A stretch of 64,000 nt of DNA from Stenotrophomonas sp. (GCF_032061965.1 NZ_DAMBEF010000016.1:1003-65002); one strand, 5' to 3'; positions 1 through 9,547 are shown, counted from the stretch's first letter. The notes: a model not told the origin generated them from the sequence alone. Made by a program: numbers and translations.

Positions 1-162
1 AAGTGTCTGCGACTTTGGTCTTAGGACGATTCCCGGGCCGACCTGACTACGGGTGGGTTATGGCCTGCGGCGCTACCGTGTCCGCAACGATGGGTTGCGA
101 CCATGGCGGTTGCCGCAGCCGCATGGCGCCCGCATTGTCAGCCGTATCGCCAGGAGATAGCC

Positions 163-1014
163 ATGAGCAGTCAGCCGTACGCCACCGTCTTGCGCACCAT
201 GAAGGGCATGCCTACTTCCGATGGGGCGGGGGTCAGCCTGACCCGCGTGATCGGTACCCCGGCGCTGCCGGACCTGGATCCATTCCTGATGCTGGACGAA
301 TTCGGTACCGATCGCGCCGAGGACTACATTGCCGGTTTTCCCAATCACCCGCATCGTGGCTTTGAGACCGTCACCTACATGCTCGACGGGCGCATGCGGC
401 ATAAGGACAACCACGGCAACGAAGGCCTGCTGACACCGGGCAGTGTGCAATGGATGACCGCCGGCCGCGGGCTGGTGCACTCGGAGATGCCCGAGCAGGA
501 GTCTGGCCGCATGCGCGGCTTCCAACTGTGGGTGAACCTGCCGGCGCGCGACAAGATGGTTGCGCCGCGCTATCAGGAGTTCGCACCTGAGCGCATTCCG
601 CTGATCAAACCGGTACCGGGCGTGCAGGTGAAGGTCATCGCCGGCACGGTTGGGCAGGTGCAGGGGCCGATCCAACAGCCCGCCACCGAACCGCTGTATC
701 TGGACGTGGCGCTACAGCCCGGTACCCAGTGGCAGGTGGCATTGCCGGAAGGACATAGCGCTTTTGCCTACGTCTTCGAGGGCCAGGCATTGTTGGGCGA
801 TGCGGAGGACGCGCGCAGCGTCGGCCAGCATGAGTTGGCGGTGCTGGGTGCCGGCGATACGCTGCCGCTGCAAGCTGGCGCGCAGGGCGCACGCCTGATC
901 CTGGTGGCCGGGCGCCCGCTGCGTGAGCCGGTGGTGCGCCACGGGCCTTTCGTGATGAACACCCGGCAGGAATTGATGCAGGCTTTCATCGACTATCAGG
1001 AAGGTCGCTTTTGA
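163..1014 (+). CDS. pirin family bicupin protein (quercetin 2,3-dioxygenase-like)
   Basis: ORF 103..1014 trimmed to ATG 163, which follows AGGAGA at 152-157. Cupin metal motif NHPHRGFETVTYMLDG..H and pirin C-terminal domain (HGPFVMNT). Confidence 0.85.
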   Translation: MSSQPYATVLRTMKGMPTSDGAGVSLTRVIGTPALPDLDPFLMLDEFGTDRAEDYIAGFPNHPHRGFETVTYMLDGRMRHKDNHGNEGLLTPGSVQWMTAGRGLVHSEMPEQESGRMRGFQLWVNLPARDKMVAPRYQEFAPERIPLIKPVPGVQVKVIAGTVGQVQGPIQQPATEPLYLDVALQPGTQWQVALPEGHSAFAYVFEGQALLGDAEDARSVGQHELAVLGAGDTLPLQAGAQGARLILVAGRPLREPVVRHGPFVMNTRQELMQAFIDYQEGRF

Positions 1015-1092
1015 AAGCGACCCATAAGACGCCGTCGATCTGATCCAGCCAATTCCATCCGCGTCGTCCCGTAATCAGGACGGGCGGTGGGG

Positions 1093-1575
1093 TCAGCGGC
1101 CCCCGGCCAGCGCGGACGAAGACAGGTTCAGTGCCTGGGTCAGGTTCTGAAGATTGCCCAGTTCGCCGGTGTCGGCGGCGTCGATCCAGATCTGGGCAAA
1201 GCGGTTCTTGTCCAGTTTGACCACGGTGATGCGGCGCGACTCCAGCCCGGGCAGGTCGCGGCCACCCATGTCCAGCTTGTACCAGTACATGGCTTCGCCA
1301 CCGAAGCTGCCTTTTTCCGCACGCAGGGAGCGGTTGAACGACATATCGGGGTCGCGGGCGGTCAGCATCATGTTCAGGACCGTGCGTCCGTCACTGGTGG
1401 CGGCCTTGCAGACAATGAAGTCGCTTTGGGTCTGTTGTTCCCAATGCAGGCCGGCGTCAGCGGGCAAGGTGGGGCACTGCTCGGCCTGTTGGGCCAGGAC
1501 GGCGCTGCTGATGGCGAGCAGCACGGCTGCGGAAACGCTACGGACAGTCTTCACTACGTAATCCCCATGAAGCAT
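1093..1575 (-). CDS. secreted hypothetical protein (signal peptide)
   Basis: ORF 1093..1686 trimmed to ATG 1575; GTG 1554 is an alternative start. N-terminal VKTVRSVSAAVLLAISSAVLAQQ looks like a signal peptide. I recognise no family. Confidence 0.5.
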   Translation of the reverse strand: MLHGDYVVKTVRSVSAAVLLAISSAVLAQQAEQCPTLPADAGLHWEQQTQSDFIVCKAATSDGRTVLNMMLTARDPDMSFNRSLRAEKGSFGGEAMYWYKLDMGGRDLPGLESRRITVVKLDKNRFAQIWIDAADTGELGNLQNLTQALNLSSSALAGGR

Positions 1576-1739
1576 CGTCCGCAGGGCGGCACGATGGCAG
1601 TCGAATTCGAGTTCTGAACGTTGTTTGTGGCAGGTGGTTGCTGAGGCTCCTTGCCCGGGTGCGCATATCCCCATGCGCCTGGCCACCCGCTGACGGTATT
1701 ACAAAAGCCGCCACAGATGCAAAGCGTAGGCGCAGTCAC

Positions 1740-1766
1740 AAAAAAAACGGCCCCGGGAGGGGCCGT
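1740..1766 (-). terminator. rho-independent terminator downstream of aqpZ
   Basis: Minus strand reads CGGCCCC-TCCC-GGGGCCG followed by a T8 run. Confidence 0.75.
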
Positions 1767-1791
1767 TTTCGCAATGGCTTCACAGCGGAGC

Positions 1792-2511
1792 TTACTTGTC
1801 GCTGCCCAACCACTTGTAGGCGACGCCACCGATCAGCGCGCCCAGGATCGGGGCAACCCAGAACAGCCACAGCTGGCTGAGGGCGCCCGCGCCAGCAAAC
1901 ACGGCCACGGCAGTGGAGCGTGCCGGGTTTACCGAGGTGTTGGTGACCGGGATGCTGATCAGGTGGATCAGGGTCAGGGCCAGGCCGATGGCGATCGGTG
2001 CGAAGCCGGCCGGGGCGCGGCCGTGGGTGGCGCCCATGATCACGATCAGGAACACCGCGGTCAGCACCACCTCGCACAGGAACGCCGCCGCGACGGTGTA
2101 GTCGCCCGGTGACAGCGCGCCGTAGCCATTGCTGGCGAAGGCGCCGGCCTTGCTGCCGTCGATCAGGAAGTTGGCATTGCCCTGCGCGATCTGCAGCAGG
2201 ATGAAGCCGGCGAACAAGCCGCCCAGCACCTGCGCCACGATGTAGGGCACAAGATCCTTGCCGGAGAAGCGACCGCCGGCCCACAGGCCGATGCTCACCG
2301 CCGGGTTGAAGTGCGCACCGGAAATATGGCCGAACGCATAAGCGCCGGTCAGCACGGTCAGGCCGAAGGCCAGCGAGACACCCACGAAACCGATGCCCAG
2401 CGGGTTGCCGTCACCGCCGAAATTCGCAGCCAGCACTGCGCTGCCGCAACCACCCAGTACCAGCCAGAAGGTGCCGAGGAACTCGGCAGCCAGGCGCTTT
2501 CCCATGCTCAT
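1792..2511 (-). CDS. aqpZ: aquaporin Z
   Basis: 239 aa with six TM segments and two NPA boxes (HFNPAVS, VNPARS). N-terminus [23 protein letters not shown] is typical of AqpZ. Confidence 0.95.
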   Translation of the reverse strand: MSMGKRLAAEFLGTFWLVLGGCGSAVLAANFGGDGNPLGIGFVGVSLAFGLTVLTGAYAFGHISGAHFNPAVSIGLWAGGRFSGKDLVPYIVAQVLGGLFAGFILLQIAQGNANFLIDGSKAGAFASNGYGALSPGDYTVAAAFLCEVVLTAVFLIVIMGATHGRAPAGFAPIAIGLALTLIHLISIPVTNTSVNPARSTAVAVFAGAGALSQLWLFWVAPILGALIGGVAYKWLGSDK

Positions 2512-2637
2512 GATCTATTACCCCAGAATTACCCCGAAACGGGTGTGGGGAAAATACACTCAGAACACTGGCAAGTGCGTATTTAAATCGTTAACCGGTG
2601 CGCAGACAGCATGTCTGGCAATAGGTACAGCCCGACT

Positions 2638-3498
2638 TCAACGCGGCAACGGGATGAACTCCTTGTCATCGCCGGGGATGGTTCCGAAACGGCCGTTTTC
2701 CCAATCGTCCTTCGCCTGCTCGATGCGCTCCTTGGAACTGGATACGAAGTTCCACCACAGGTGGCGCGGTGCATCCAGCGGTTCGCCGCCCATCAGCATC
2801 GCCTTGACCGGTGTCTTGGCGCGCAGACGCCCACGGGCCCCGGCGTCAGGGATGACCAGGTGCTGGGTAGGGATGTCGGTGCCATCGAGCTGCGCATCGC
2901 CCTCCAGGATGTAGAGCGCGCGCTCCACGTGCGAGGTATCCAGGTCGATCTCGGCGCCGGGCGCAAGGTCGATCGCTACATTCAAGGTGTCGGCGAATAC
3001 CTGCACGGGCGATTCCTCACCGTAGGCACGGCCGGCGATCACCCGCAGCCATGCGCCATCGCGGCGCTGTTGCGGCAACTGGTCCGCGCCGAAGTGGAAA
3101 AAGGCCGGATCGGTCTCTTCGTGACTTTTGGGCAGCGCCACCCAGGTCTGCATGCCGTGCAGGCTCTGGTCATGCTCGCGTGCGGCAGCCGGGGTGCGCT
3201 CGGAATGGGCGATGCCACGCCCTGCGGTCATCCAGTTGACGTCACCCGGGCGGATGATCTGCTCCGAGCCCAGCGTGTCGCGATGACCGATCTGCCCTGA
3301 CCACAGGAAGGTAACGGTCGCCAGGCCGATATGCGGATGCGGACGCACATCGATGCCCTGGCCGGGGCTGAAGATGGCCGGGCCCATGTGGTCCACGAAC
3401 ACGAACGAGCCTACGCTGCGCGCCTGCAGCGTGGGTACCGCACGCCGTACCTGGAAGCCGCCAAGGTCGTGGACGCGTGGGCTGATGATCGTGGTCAT
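2638..3498 (-). CDS. pirin family bicupin protein (second paralog)
   Basis: ORF 2638..3987 trimmed to ATG 3498 (MTTIISPRVHDLGGF). Motif RPHPHIGLATVTFLWSG..H and the WWNF C-terminal pirin signature. Confidence 0.85.
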   Translation of the reverse strand: MTTIISPRVHDLGGFQVRRAVPTLQARSVGSFVFVDHMGPAIFSPGQGIDVRPHPHIGLATVTFLWSGQIGHRDTLGSEQIIRPGDVNWMTAGRGIAHSERTPAAAREHDQSLHGMQTWVALPKSHEETDPAFFHFGADQLPQQRRDGAWLRVIAGRAYGEESPVQVFADTLNVAIDLAPGAEIDLDTSHVERALYILEGDAQLDGTDIPTQHLVIPDAGARGRLRAKTPVKAMLMGGEPLDAPRHLWWNFVSSSKERIEQAKDDWENGRFGTIPGDDKEFIPLPR

Positions 3499-3742
3499 GG
3501 GGCGGTGCTCCTGGTTGCGTGGCTCAGGGTTCAAGGATGACATGCCCGCTGCATCGATGAAGTGACCAGCGGAAGAATGGATTGTTGTTCCGGTGCGGGT
3601 AGCGCGCTGTACCGCCATCCCGGGGCAGGACGGTCGCGCCTGCAACCAATCTGCCGGCAGAGTGGGCTGCCCCAAAGGTCGGCAAACGACGTGAAGGGGA
3701 TACAATCGCCGTCTTCCTTCCCCACACCCGGAGAACTCCGCA

Positions 3743-4492
3743 GTGACCCGCAAACTCGTGCTGTTGCGCCATGGCCAGAGCCAGTGGAACCTCGATAACC
3801 GCTTCACCGGCTGGGTGGACGTGGACCTCACCGAACAGGGCCGCCAGGAAGCTGCTACCGCTGGCCGCTTGATGAAGGAAGAAGGCCTGCAGTTCGATGT
3901 GGCCCACACCTCGGTACTCAAGCGTGCCATCCACACCTTGCAGGGGGCCTTGGCCGAGCTGGGCCAGGATTGGCTGCCGGTCAACAAGTCGTGGCGCCTG
4001 AATGAGCGTCATTACGGTGGCCTGCAGGGCCTGGACAAGGCCGAGACCGCCGCCAAGCACGGCGAGGAGCAGGTCAAGGTATGGCGTCGTTCCTACGACA
4101 TCCCGCCGCCGCCGATGGACCTTGCCGATCCGGGCCACCCGATCCACGACCGTCGCTATGCCGGCCTGGACCGCAACGCGCTGCCGGCCACCGAGTCGCT
4201 GGCGACCACGCTGGACCGTGTGCTGCCGTACTGGCACGACGCCATCGCCCCGCAGTTGAAGGACGGCAAGACCGTGCTGGTCACCGCCCACGGCAACTCG
4301 CTGCGCGCGCTGTACAAGTACCTCAACAACGTGAGCAAGGAAGAAATCCTTGAGCTCAACATCCCGACCGGCATTCCGCTGCTGTTCGAGTTGAACGACG
4401 ACCTGACCGTCAAGTCGTTCCGCTACTTGGGCGACCCGGAAGCGGCAAAGAAGGCGGCCGAGGCCGTGGCCAACCAGGGCAAGGCCAAGTAA
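3743..4492 (+). CDS. gpmA: 2,3-bisphosphoglycerate-dependent phosphoglycerate mutase
   Basis: GTG start. [12 protein letters not shown] catalytic His motif; 249 aa collinear with GpmA. Confidence 0.95.
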   Translation: MTRKLVLLRHGQSQWNLDNRFTGWVDVDLTEQGRQEAATAGRLMKEEGLQFDVAHTSVLKRAIHTLQGALAELGQDWLPVNKSWRLNERHYGGLQGLDKAETAAKHGEEQVKVWRRSYDIPPPPMDLADPGHPIHDRRYAGLDRNALPATESLATTLDRVLPYWHDAIAPQLKDGKTVLVTAHGNSLRALYKYLNNVSKEEILELNIPTGIPLLFELNDDLTVKSFRYLGDPEAAKKAAEAVANQGKAK

Positions 4493-4552
4493 GTAATTCG
4501 CTGTAAACAGCGTACGCGCTGATGGGGGCTGTTCAAGCCGCCAGACAATCCG

Positions 4553-4586
4553 AATCCGATGCCGGAATACTGGCATCGGATTTTTT
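4553..4586 (+). terminator. rho-independent terminator after gpmA
   Basis: AATCCGATGCC-GGAATAC-TGGCATCGGATT followed by TTTTTT. Confidence 0.8.
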
Positions 4587-4678
4587 GTAGCAGCGGCATG
4601 CGCCGCAAAACGGCGATTGCGCCAGTCCCTGGCAACGCTGCAAGCTGATCAGGAAGAAGCCGGTTCAGCGCCGTCAAT

Positions 4679-4774
4679 GTAGCCCGGGTAAGCGCAGCGC
4701 ACCCGGGAGCAGGGATCGACAGCTTTAGGATCGCACGGCAACAGCCCCGGGTGCGCTGGGCTTACCCGGGCTAC
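4679..4774. repeat. inverted pair of GTAG-ended REP units (GTAGCCCGGGTAAGCGCAGCGCACCCGGG type)
   Basis: Unit at 4679-4707 and its reverse complement at 4745-4774, separated by a 37-bp spacer. Each unit is itself a CCCGGGT/ACCCGGG hairpin. Confidence 0.85.
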
Positions 4775-4814
4775 GGGAATCATCGGTGAGGTGAACCGCG
4801 TCTCGGCCGCACGC

Positions 4815-5210
4815 TCAGCGTTGGCATTGGGCGGGGGTGGCGGCGCAGCGTGCGTTGTCACGCACCGCCAGATCCTTGCCGACGTTGTAGCCGCCGTACA
4901 ACAGCGCAATCACCAGCAACGCGAAGCCCAATGCAAGGTTCTCGCTACGCCTGCCACGCGCGATGGGCGCCGCGGCGACTGCAAGCGGAGTGTCGGCAGC
5001 GGGGGCAGCAAGCAGGTCCCCTGCCGAAACCCCCAGCGCCGACGCAACTGCCATCCGCGACTCAAGCGAGGCACTCCCCTCGGCTTCCAGACGCTGGACG
5101 GTGCGCACGCTCAAGCCGCAGAGCGTGGCCAGGTGCTCCTGCGACCAGCCGCGGACTTCGCGCAGTTGCCTGATCCGCTTTCCGTCGATCTTCACTGTTT
5201 CATCTTCCAT
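4815..5210 (-). CDS. XRE-family HTH regulator with C-terminal transmembrane anchor
   Basis: HTH_3-like segment IRQLREVRGWSQEHLATLCGLSVRTVQRLE, a TM segment LALGFALLVIALLYGGY, then a short tail with two Cys. Confidence 0.65.
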   Translation of the reverse strand: MEDETVKIDGKRIRQLREVRGWSQEHLATLCGLSVRTVQRLEAEGSASLESRMAVASALGVSAGDLLAAPAADTPLAVAAAPIARGRRSENLALGFALLVIALLYGGYNVGKDLAVRDNARCAATPAQCQR

Positions 5211-5454
5211 GGCGCGTTCCTGACGATGTTAGCCTAGCGAGCAGGCTGCCGGACAACCTCGATCGACGACACGACAGAAAGCCGACAGTAGTGTGTCGTC
5301 CTAAAGGAATCAACGGTTTGCGCGCTTCGACGGCGGCGACTGAACTGCTCCACAGCGTGCATGCAATTGGGAGAAGCAGTCTTCGGATGCGTGCTGGGCC
5401 GTGCCATCATCGGGGACTGATCACGATGACTGGAGTGTCTGCTTGAGCAAATGG

Positions 5455-6378
5455 ATGATGTCGGTGATGGCAATGGTGGTACTGAGCGCCTGTAGTGCCG
5501 CTCCCGAGGCTGCACCCAACGCCACACCAGAAGCGGCTGCTGCAAAGCCTGTAGCCGCAAGCGTGCAGCGCGGCGAAGGCAGCCCTTATGAAGTGCTGGG
5601 CAGTGAAGTCTGGGACGTACCTGATCCGGTCAGTGGCCGCGGCTACCAGGTGTTTGTGGCCTTGCCGGCCGGCTACGCCGATAACCCCGACAAGCGCTAC
5701 CCGGTCCTTTATGTCACCGATGCCGACTATGCCTTCCCGCTGGTCTGGCAGATGGCGCGGCGCCTGAATGTCGAAGGGCGCAAGATCGACGACTTCATCC
5801 TGGTTGGCCTGTCCTATGCCAAGGGCGAGGGCGGCATGCAGAGTCGCCGCCGTGACTACACCCCAACAAGCAAGGGCCCCAGCGGTTCGCCAGCCGACGC
5901 CGTGCACGGTGGCGCCAGCGACTACATCGCCTATCTGGAGACCCAGGCGCTGCCATTCGTGGCCACGCGCTACCGCACGGACGAAACCCGTCGTATGTTC
6001 CTGGGCCATTCCTATGGGGCCTTGCTGGGTACCCAGGTGCTGCTGGAGCGGCCGCAGTTGTTCAGCGGCTATATCCTCGGCAGTCCGTCGTACTGGTTTG
6101 ACAAGCACGAGATGGAGCGCCGCCTGGCCGCGGCCGCCAAGCCGGCCGAGCAGCCAGTGCGGGCCTACATGTATGTGGGGGAGTACGAATCGGTGCAGCA
6201 TGGCGGCGAAGCCGACATGGTGGCCGATGCGCAGCGCATGATCGGTTTGCTGGGCGCGCGTGGTGGCCAGGCACTGGCGCTGAAATTGGATGTGCTCAAT
6301 GACGAGGACCATCTCAGCGTTGCACCACGTGGCTTCATGCATGGGCTGAAGTACCTGTTGGCCGCGCCAAAGGGCTGA
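5455..6378 (+). CDS. alpha/beta hydrolase, putative esterase family (IroE-like), lipoprotein signal
   Basis: ORF 5401..6378 trimmed to MMSVMAMVVLSAC (lipobox-like). YPVLYVTDADY and a GHSYG nucleophile elbow. Confidence 0.75.
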   Translation: MMSVMAMVVLSACSAAPEAAPNATPEAAAAKPVAASVQRGEGSPYEVLGSEVWDVPDPVSGRGYQVFVALPAGYADNPDKRYPVLYVTDADYAFPLVWQMARRLNVEGRKIDDFILVGLSYAKGEGGMQSRRRDYTPTSKGPSGSPADAVHGGASDYIAYLETQALPFVATRYRTDETRRMFLGHSYGALLGTQVLLERPQLFSGYILGSPSYWFDKHEMERRLAAAAKPAEQPVRAYMYVGEYESVQHGGEADMVADAQRMIGLLGARGGQALALKLDVLNDEDHLSVAPRGFMHGLKYLLAAPKG

Positions 6379-6472
6379 ACAAGGCCTTGTACAGGGCCGG
6401 GAATGGGGCGCTGGCAGCGTCCGTTCCCGGTATGCGGCACCCCGACCAACGGCAGGTGCGCTGCCGCGTGAT

Positions 6473-7324
6473 GTGTCTAGACTTCGGTCAGTTCCGTGCC
6501 TGCGCCAATTCATGCCCTTGCCGTCAGCCCGATATCGCAGTGACGCAACACAGGCGCCAGTCCGGCGTCGGGTGTTCGATGGTGAGCGTCTGTCTGCGCG
6601 GGTAAGTTGGTACGCGCCTGGCGAGCACATGCAACGGCATGCACATCACTGCCATCAACTTTCATTGCTGCTGCTGGGCACATTGCAGGAGCAGACGTCG
6701 CGCGGCGAGGAGCGCCTGGCCGTCCCGGCACTGGGCGTGAAACACGCCGGGCTGATGCATGCCAATGACTACGGCCCCGCCGGTGCGTTGATGCTGGGTG
6801 TCGACTTGCCGGCCGCGTTCGACCTGCAGAAGAACCTCGGCATCGGTCAGGCGTGGCAATGGCGTGGCGGTGACCTGCAGCCGGCGCTGCGCAGTGGACG
6901 AACACTGTTGTCGGAGTTGTTTGCCGGCGAGCTGGGCCAGAGCGAGATCGATAGCCGGCTGTGGGAGCTGCTGGCCAGCATGGCGGCCAGCAGCGAGCGC
7001 CCGGCAGGCGTGGCGCCACGGTGGCTTGCACGCAGTTGCCAGCGCCTGCAGGAGCAGACCCTGCCCTTGGCCGAACTGGCCAGCGAGGTTGGCGTGCATC
7101 CGGTGTATTTTGCGCGTGCTTTTGCACGCTGGATGGGCTGCGCGCCGTCGGTGTTTCGTGCACGTGCACAGTTGCAGCGGGCATTGCCACTGTTGGCAAA
7201 GGGTCACGCGCTGGCCGATGTGGCACAGCGTGCCGGGTTTGCCGACCAATCCCATCTCAGTCGCATTGCCCGGGCGCACAGTGGCTTGACCCCAGCCCGG
7301 TTGCGCGCGCTGCTGCAGGCATGA
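6473..7324 (+). CDS. AraC family transcriptional regulator
   Basis: C-terminal double HTH (VHPVYFARAFARWMGCAPSVFR ... GFADQSHLSRIARAHSGLTPARLR). The start is uncertain; ATG 6512 is an alternative. Confidence 0.8.
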   Translation: MSRLRSVPCLRQFMPLPSARYRSDATQAPVRRRVFDGERLSARVSWYAPGEHMQRHAHHCHQLSLLLLGTLQEQTSRGEERLAVPALGVKHAGLMHANDYGPAGALMLGVDLPAAFDLQKNLGIGQAWQWRGGDLQPALRSGRTLLSELFAGELGQSEIDSRLWELLASMAASSERPAGVAPRWLARSCQRLQEQTLPLAELASEVGVHPVYFARAFARWMGCAPSVFRARAQLQRALPLLAKGHALADVAQRAGFADQSHLSRIARAHSGLTPARLRALLQA

Positions 7325-7398
7325 GCAGGTTCAATCCGTTCAAGACTTGCCGGGCAGCGTTGACGCATCGTGCAAGCGGTCAGTCACGGAGTCAGCCC

Positions 7399-8964
7399 AT
7401 GTATCTACGCAACATCCTGTCGCTGCTATTGCTGCCCGCCTGCATGGGCGCCGCGGCAACGGCATCCGCGGCAACCCCGGAACAGGCGGCGCGCGAGCTG
7501 GCTGCGTTCCTGGATGGTATTCCGGAGCTGGGCCCCGGCTATGCCGTGGTGGTCGTCGATCGCGAGCAGCAACTGCTCGGCTACACGCGTGGGCAACGCA
7601 ATGCGGCCACGGCAGCGCCGCTGACAATGTCCACCCCGATGTATATCGCATCACAAACGAAATCCTATATGGGGCTGCTGGCCCAGCTTCTGGACCAACA
7701 AGGCGTGCTGCGCCTGGACAGCACCCTGGCCGACCACTGGCCGCAGCTGCAGTTGCCAGCGGGCGTCGATCCCGCGGCATGGACCTTGGCGGACCTGCTC
7801 AATCACCGCGTTCCCTTGAGTGCCGATGCGATTACCACGCTGGAGGCGTATATCGGCAGTCCTGATCCGGCGCTGTATCCGCAGCTGCTGCAGCAATTCG
7901 CGAGCAGGCGTGCTGAGGGTTTCGACTACGACAACCTTGGCTACAACATCTATGCCGCGATCCTGCAGCAGCGCACCGGTCGCGCATGGCAGGACTGGTT
8001 GCAGGCGCTTGTGTTCACACCGTTGCAGCTGCACGAAACCTCGACCCGTACTTCCCGCTTCGAGCCGGGGCAGGTGGTGTTCAACCATCAATGGCTGGGG
8101 GACGCGCAGGGTTGGCGGCTTGTCGCGCCCAAACCCGACGGGATCATGCATGCGGCCGGCGGCATGATGACTTCGCCACGCGACATGGGGCGTTGGCTGC
8201 GTCTGCAGCTGGGCGCAGCGTTGTCGTCACAACTGCTGGCCACCGGCTTGCAGGCCGCGCACCGCATCGGCGCGCAGGTAGACCCAAAGGCGCGCAATGC
8301 CTACGAGCTGCCATGCAACGGCTACGCCTACGGCTGGAACGTATGTGACTTCGAAGGACATACGCTTTATATCCATGGCGGCAGCTATACCGGCGCACGC
8401 AGCATGATGGCGTTCTCGCCGGACCTGGGTGTGGGGATCGGCGTGTTTTCCAATTCGGACAATGCCACTGGCTGGCTGACCTCGCGCACCGTCGTGCAGT
8501 TCTTCCAGTACCTGGTCGACCATCCGGATGCCGGTAAATGGGCTGCGACGCGGCAGCAGGTGTACCCGCAGCGCGTTGCCGAGCAGCTGTCTGGCGCACA
8601 GGCACGGCAGCGCAAGGCGCAAGAGGATCCGCGTTGGCAGGGGTGGCATTGGCAACCGGCCAGTACGGCGGCCTATATCGGCCACTACCGAGCGGCGCAG
8701 CTGCCGGTGACAGCGCAGGTGATCGCAGCCGATGGCGGACTGGCGCTCCGGCTGGGGGCACTGGAGCGGACCTTGAAACCCGCCGCGCCGGATCTATTCG
8801 CTGCCCAGGACGGCCCGTTGGCAGCACCTGAGCCACTGCAGTTCCTGGGTGACGGGCTGGGTGGGGTGCTTGGGTTCGAGTTCGATGGGCAGCGCTATCT
8901 GCGAGCCTCGAACGACCAGGCTGCAGGTGGCAGGCTTCGTGTGCAGGAGCGACGTAAGCCGTGA
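7399..8964 (+). CDS. serine hydrolase, beta-lactamase/PBP4* fold
   Basis: ORF 6961..8964 trimmed to ATG 7399 (MYLRNILSLLLLPACMGAAATASA, signal peptide). SxxK motif ASQTKS. Confidence 0.85.
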   Translation: MYLRNILSLLLLPACMGAAATASAATPEQAARELAAFLDGIPELGPGYAVVVVDREQQLLGYTRGQRNAATAAPLTMSTPMYIASQTKSYMGLLAQLLDQQGVLRLDSTLADHWPQLQLPAGVDPAAWTLADLLNHRVPLSADAITTLEAYIGSPDPALYPQLLQQFASRRAEGFDYDNLGYNIYAAILQQRTGRAWQDWLQALVFTPLQLHETSTRTSRFEPGQVVFNHQWLGDAQGWRLVAPKPDGIMHAAGGMMTSPRDMGRWLRLQLGAALSSQLLATGLQAAHRIGAQVDPKARNAYELPCNGYAYGWNVCDFEGHTLYIHGGSYTGARSMMAFSPDLGVGIGVFSNSDNATGWLTSRTVVQFFQYLVDHPDAGKWAATRQQVYPQRVAEQLSGAQARQRKAQEDPRWQGWHWQPASTAAYIGHYRAAQLPVTAQVIAADGGLALRLGALERTLKPAAPDLFAAQDGPLAAPEPLQFLGDGLGGVLGFEFDGQRYLRASNDQAAGGRLRVQERRKP

Positions 8965-9073
8965 AGTGCGTCGCACGCCAAACGGGAAGGTAACGCGAGC
9001 TCCGCATTCCCAGCCCCGGGCCTGACACCGCCCCAAACAGGTACGCATGGCTGGCGCGCGGTTGCACAACGCA

Positions 9074-9098
9074 GAAGCCCGGCATCTTGCCGGGCTTC
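9074..9098. terminator. GC-rich hairpin between convergent genes (possible bidirectional terminator)
   Basis: GAAGCCCGGC-ATCTT-GCCGGGCTTC, a 10-bp stem with no clear U-tract on either side. Confidence 0.35.
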
Positions 9099-9122
9099 CT
9101 GAGCAGCGCAATGCGTCCGGGC

Positions 9123-9485
9123 TTACTTGAAGTCCAGCGTCTTCTCGAAGCTCTTCAGTTCGTGGCGTGCCATCGCCAGGTTGGCGCGGTTGCGGTCCAG
9201 TACCACGTACAGGAACAGATCCTTGTTGCCCTCCAGCGGGCGGATCAGGTGGTACTGCTTGGACAGGGTGAGAAGGATGTCCTCCACCACCTCGGTCAGG
9301 CCAAGCGCGTTGGCGACGCGGCGCTTGGCGCGGACCACGTCGGCGTTGCCTGCGGCGGCAACCTCCATGTTGATCGGGCCTCCGCCGAGTACGCCCAAGG
9401 CCATGCCGCTGTCACCATCCACAAGCGCTGCGCCGATGAAACCGGCGATCTCACTCAAATCGTCAAGCTTTACGTTTCCAGCCAT
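9123..9485 (-). CDS. Roadblock/LC7 (MglB-like) domain protein
   Basis: ORF 9123..9560 trimmed to ATG 9485 (MAGNVKLDDL). FIGAALVDGDSGMALG ... VEDILLTLSKQYHLIRPL ... LFLYVVLDRNRANLAMAR matches my memory of the Roadblock/LC7 pattern. Confidence 0.7.
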   Translation of the reverse strand: MAGNVKLDDLSEIAGFIGAALVDGDSGMALGVLGGGPINMEVAAAGNADVVRAKRRVANALGLTEVVEDILLTLSKQYHLIRPLEGNKDLFLYVVLDRNRANLAMARHELKSFEKTLDFK

Positions 9486-9514
9486 TTCCCTTCCAGAAGT
9501 ATCGTTGCGACAAC

Positions 9515-9547
9515 AAAAAAGCCCGCTGGGAGTACTCCCGAACGGGC
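9515..9547 (-). terminator. rho-independent terminator after the AraC gene 9624..10478
   Basis: Minus strand reads AGCCCGTTCGGGAGTACTCCCAGCGGGCT followed by TTTTTT. Confidence 0.6.

Noticed and set aside
163-3498. Two pirin paralogs flanking aqpZ, considered as a possible functional cluster.
   Set aside because: The genes are on different strands with their own terminators and intervening genes. Pirin paralogy is common, and nothing in the sequence links them functionally.
3524-4576. Long antisense or shadow ORFs typical of high-GC DNA: 3524..4576, 5407..6630, 14982..16325, 17649..19004, 19651..21246, 22219..23292, 23334..24377, 27151..28821, 28569..29891, 30544..32433, 33214..34647, 38446..39960, 38630..40312, 43187..45352, 46075..47538, 49855..51021, 51664..52734, 53346..55100, 55425..57119, 55544..56611 and 57921..58964.
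   Set aside because: Each lies opposite to, or out of frame with, a gene that has clear family motifs. Their translations are Arg/Gly/Ala/His-rich with no recognisable domains. Open frames like these are expected on the non-coding strand at this GC content.
6961-7398. N-terminal 146 codons of ORF 6961..8964, and similar long N-terminal extensions of ORFs 2638..3987, 58966..60297, 60298..61476, 24029..24964 and 25563..27137.
   Set aside because: The extensions overlap the upstream genes and are Arg/Ala/Gly-rich high-GC read-through. Internal ATGs with an RBS, a signal peptide or a canonical family N-terminus are much better starts.
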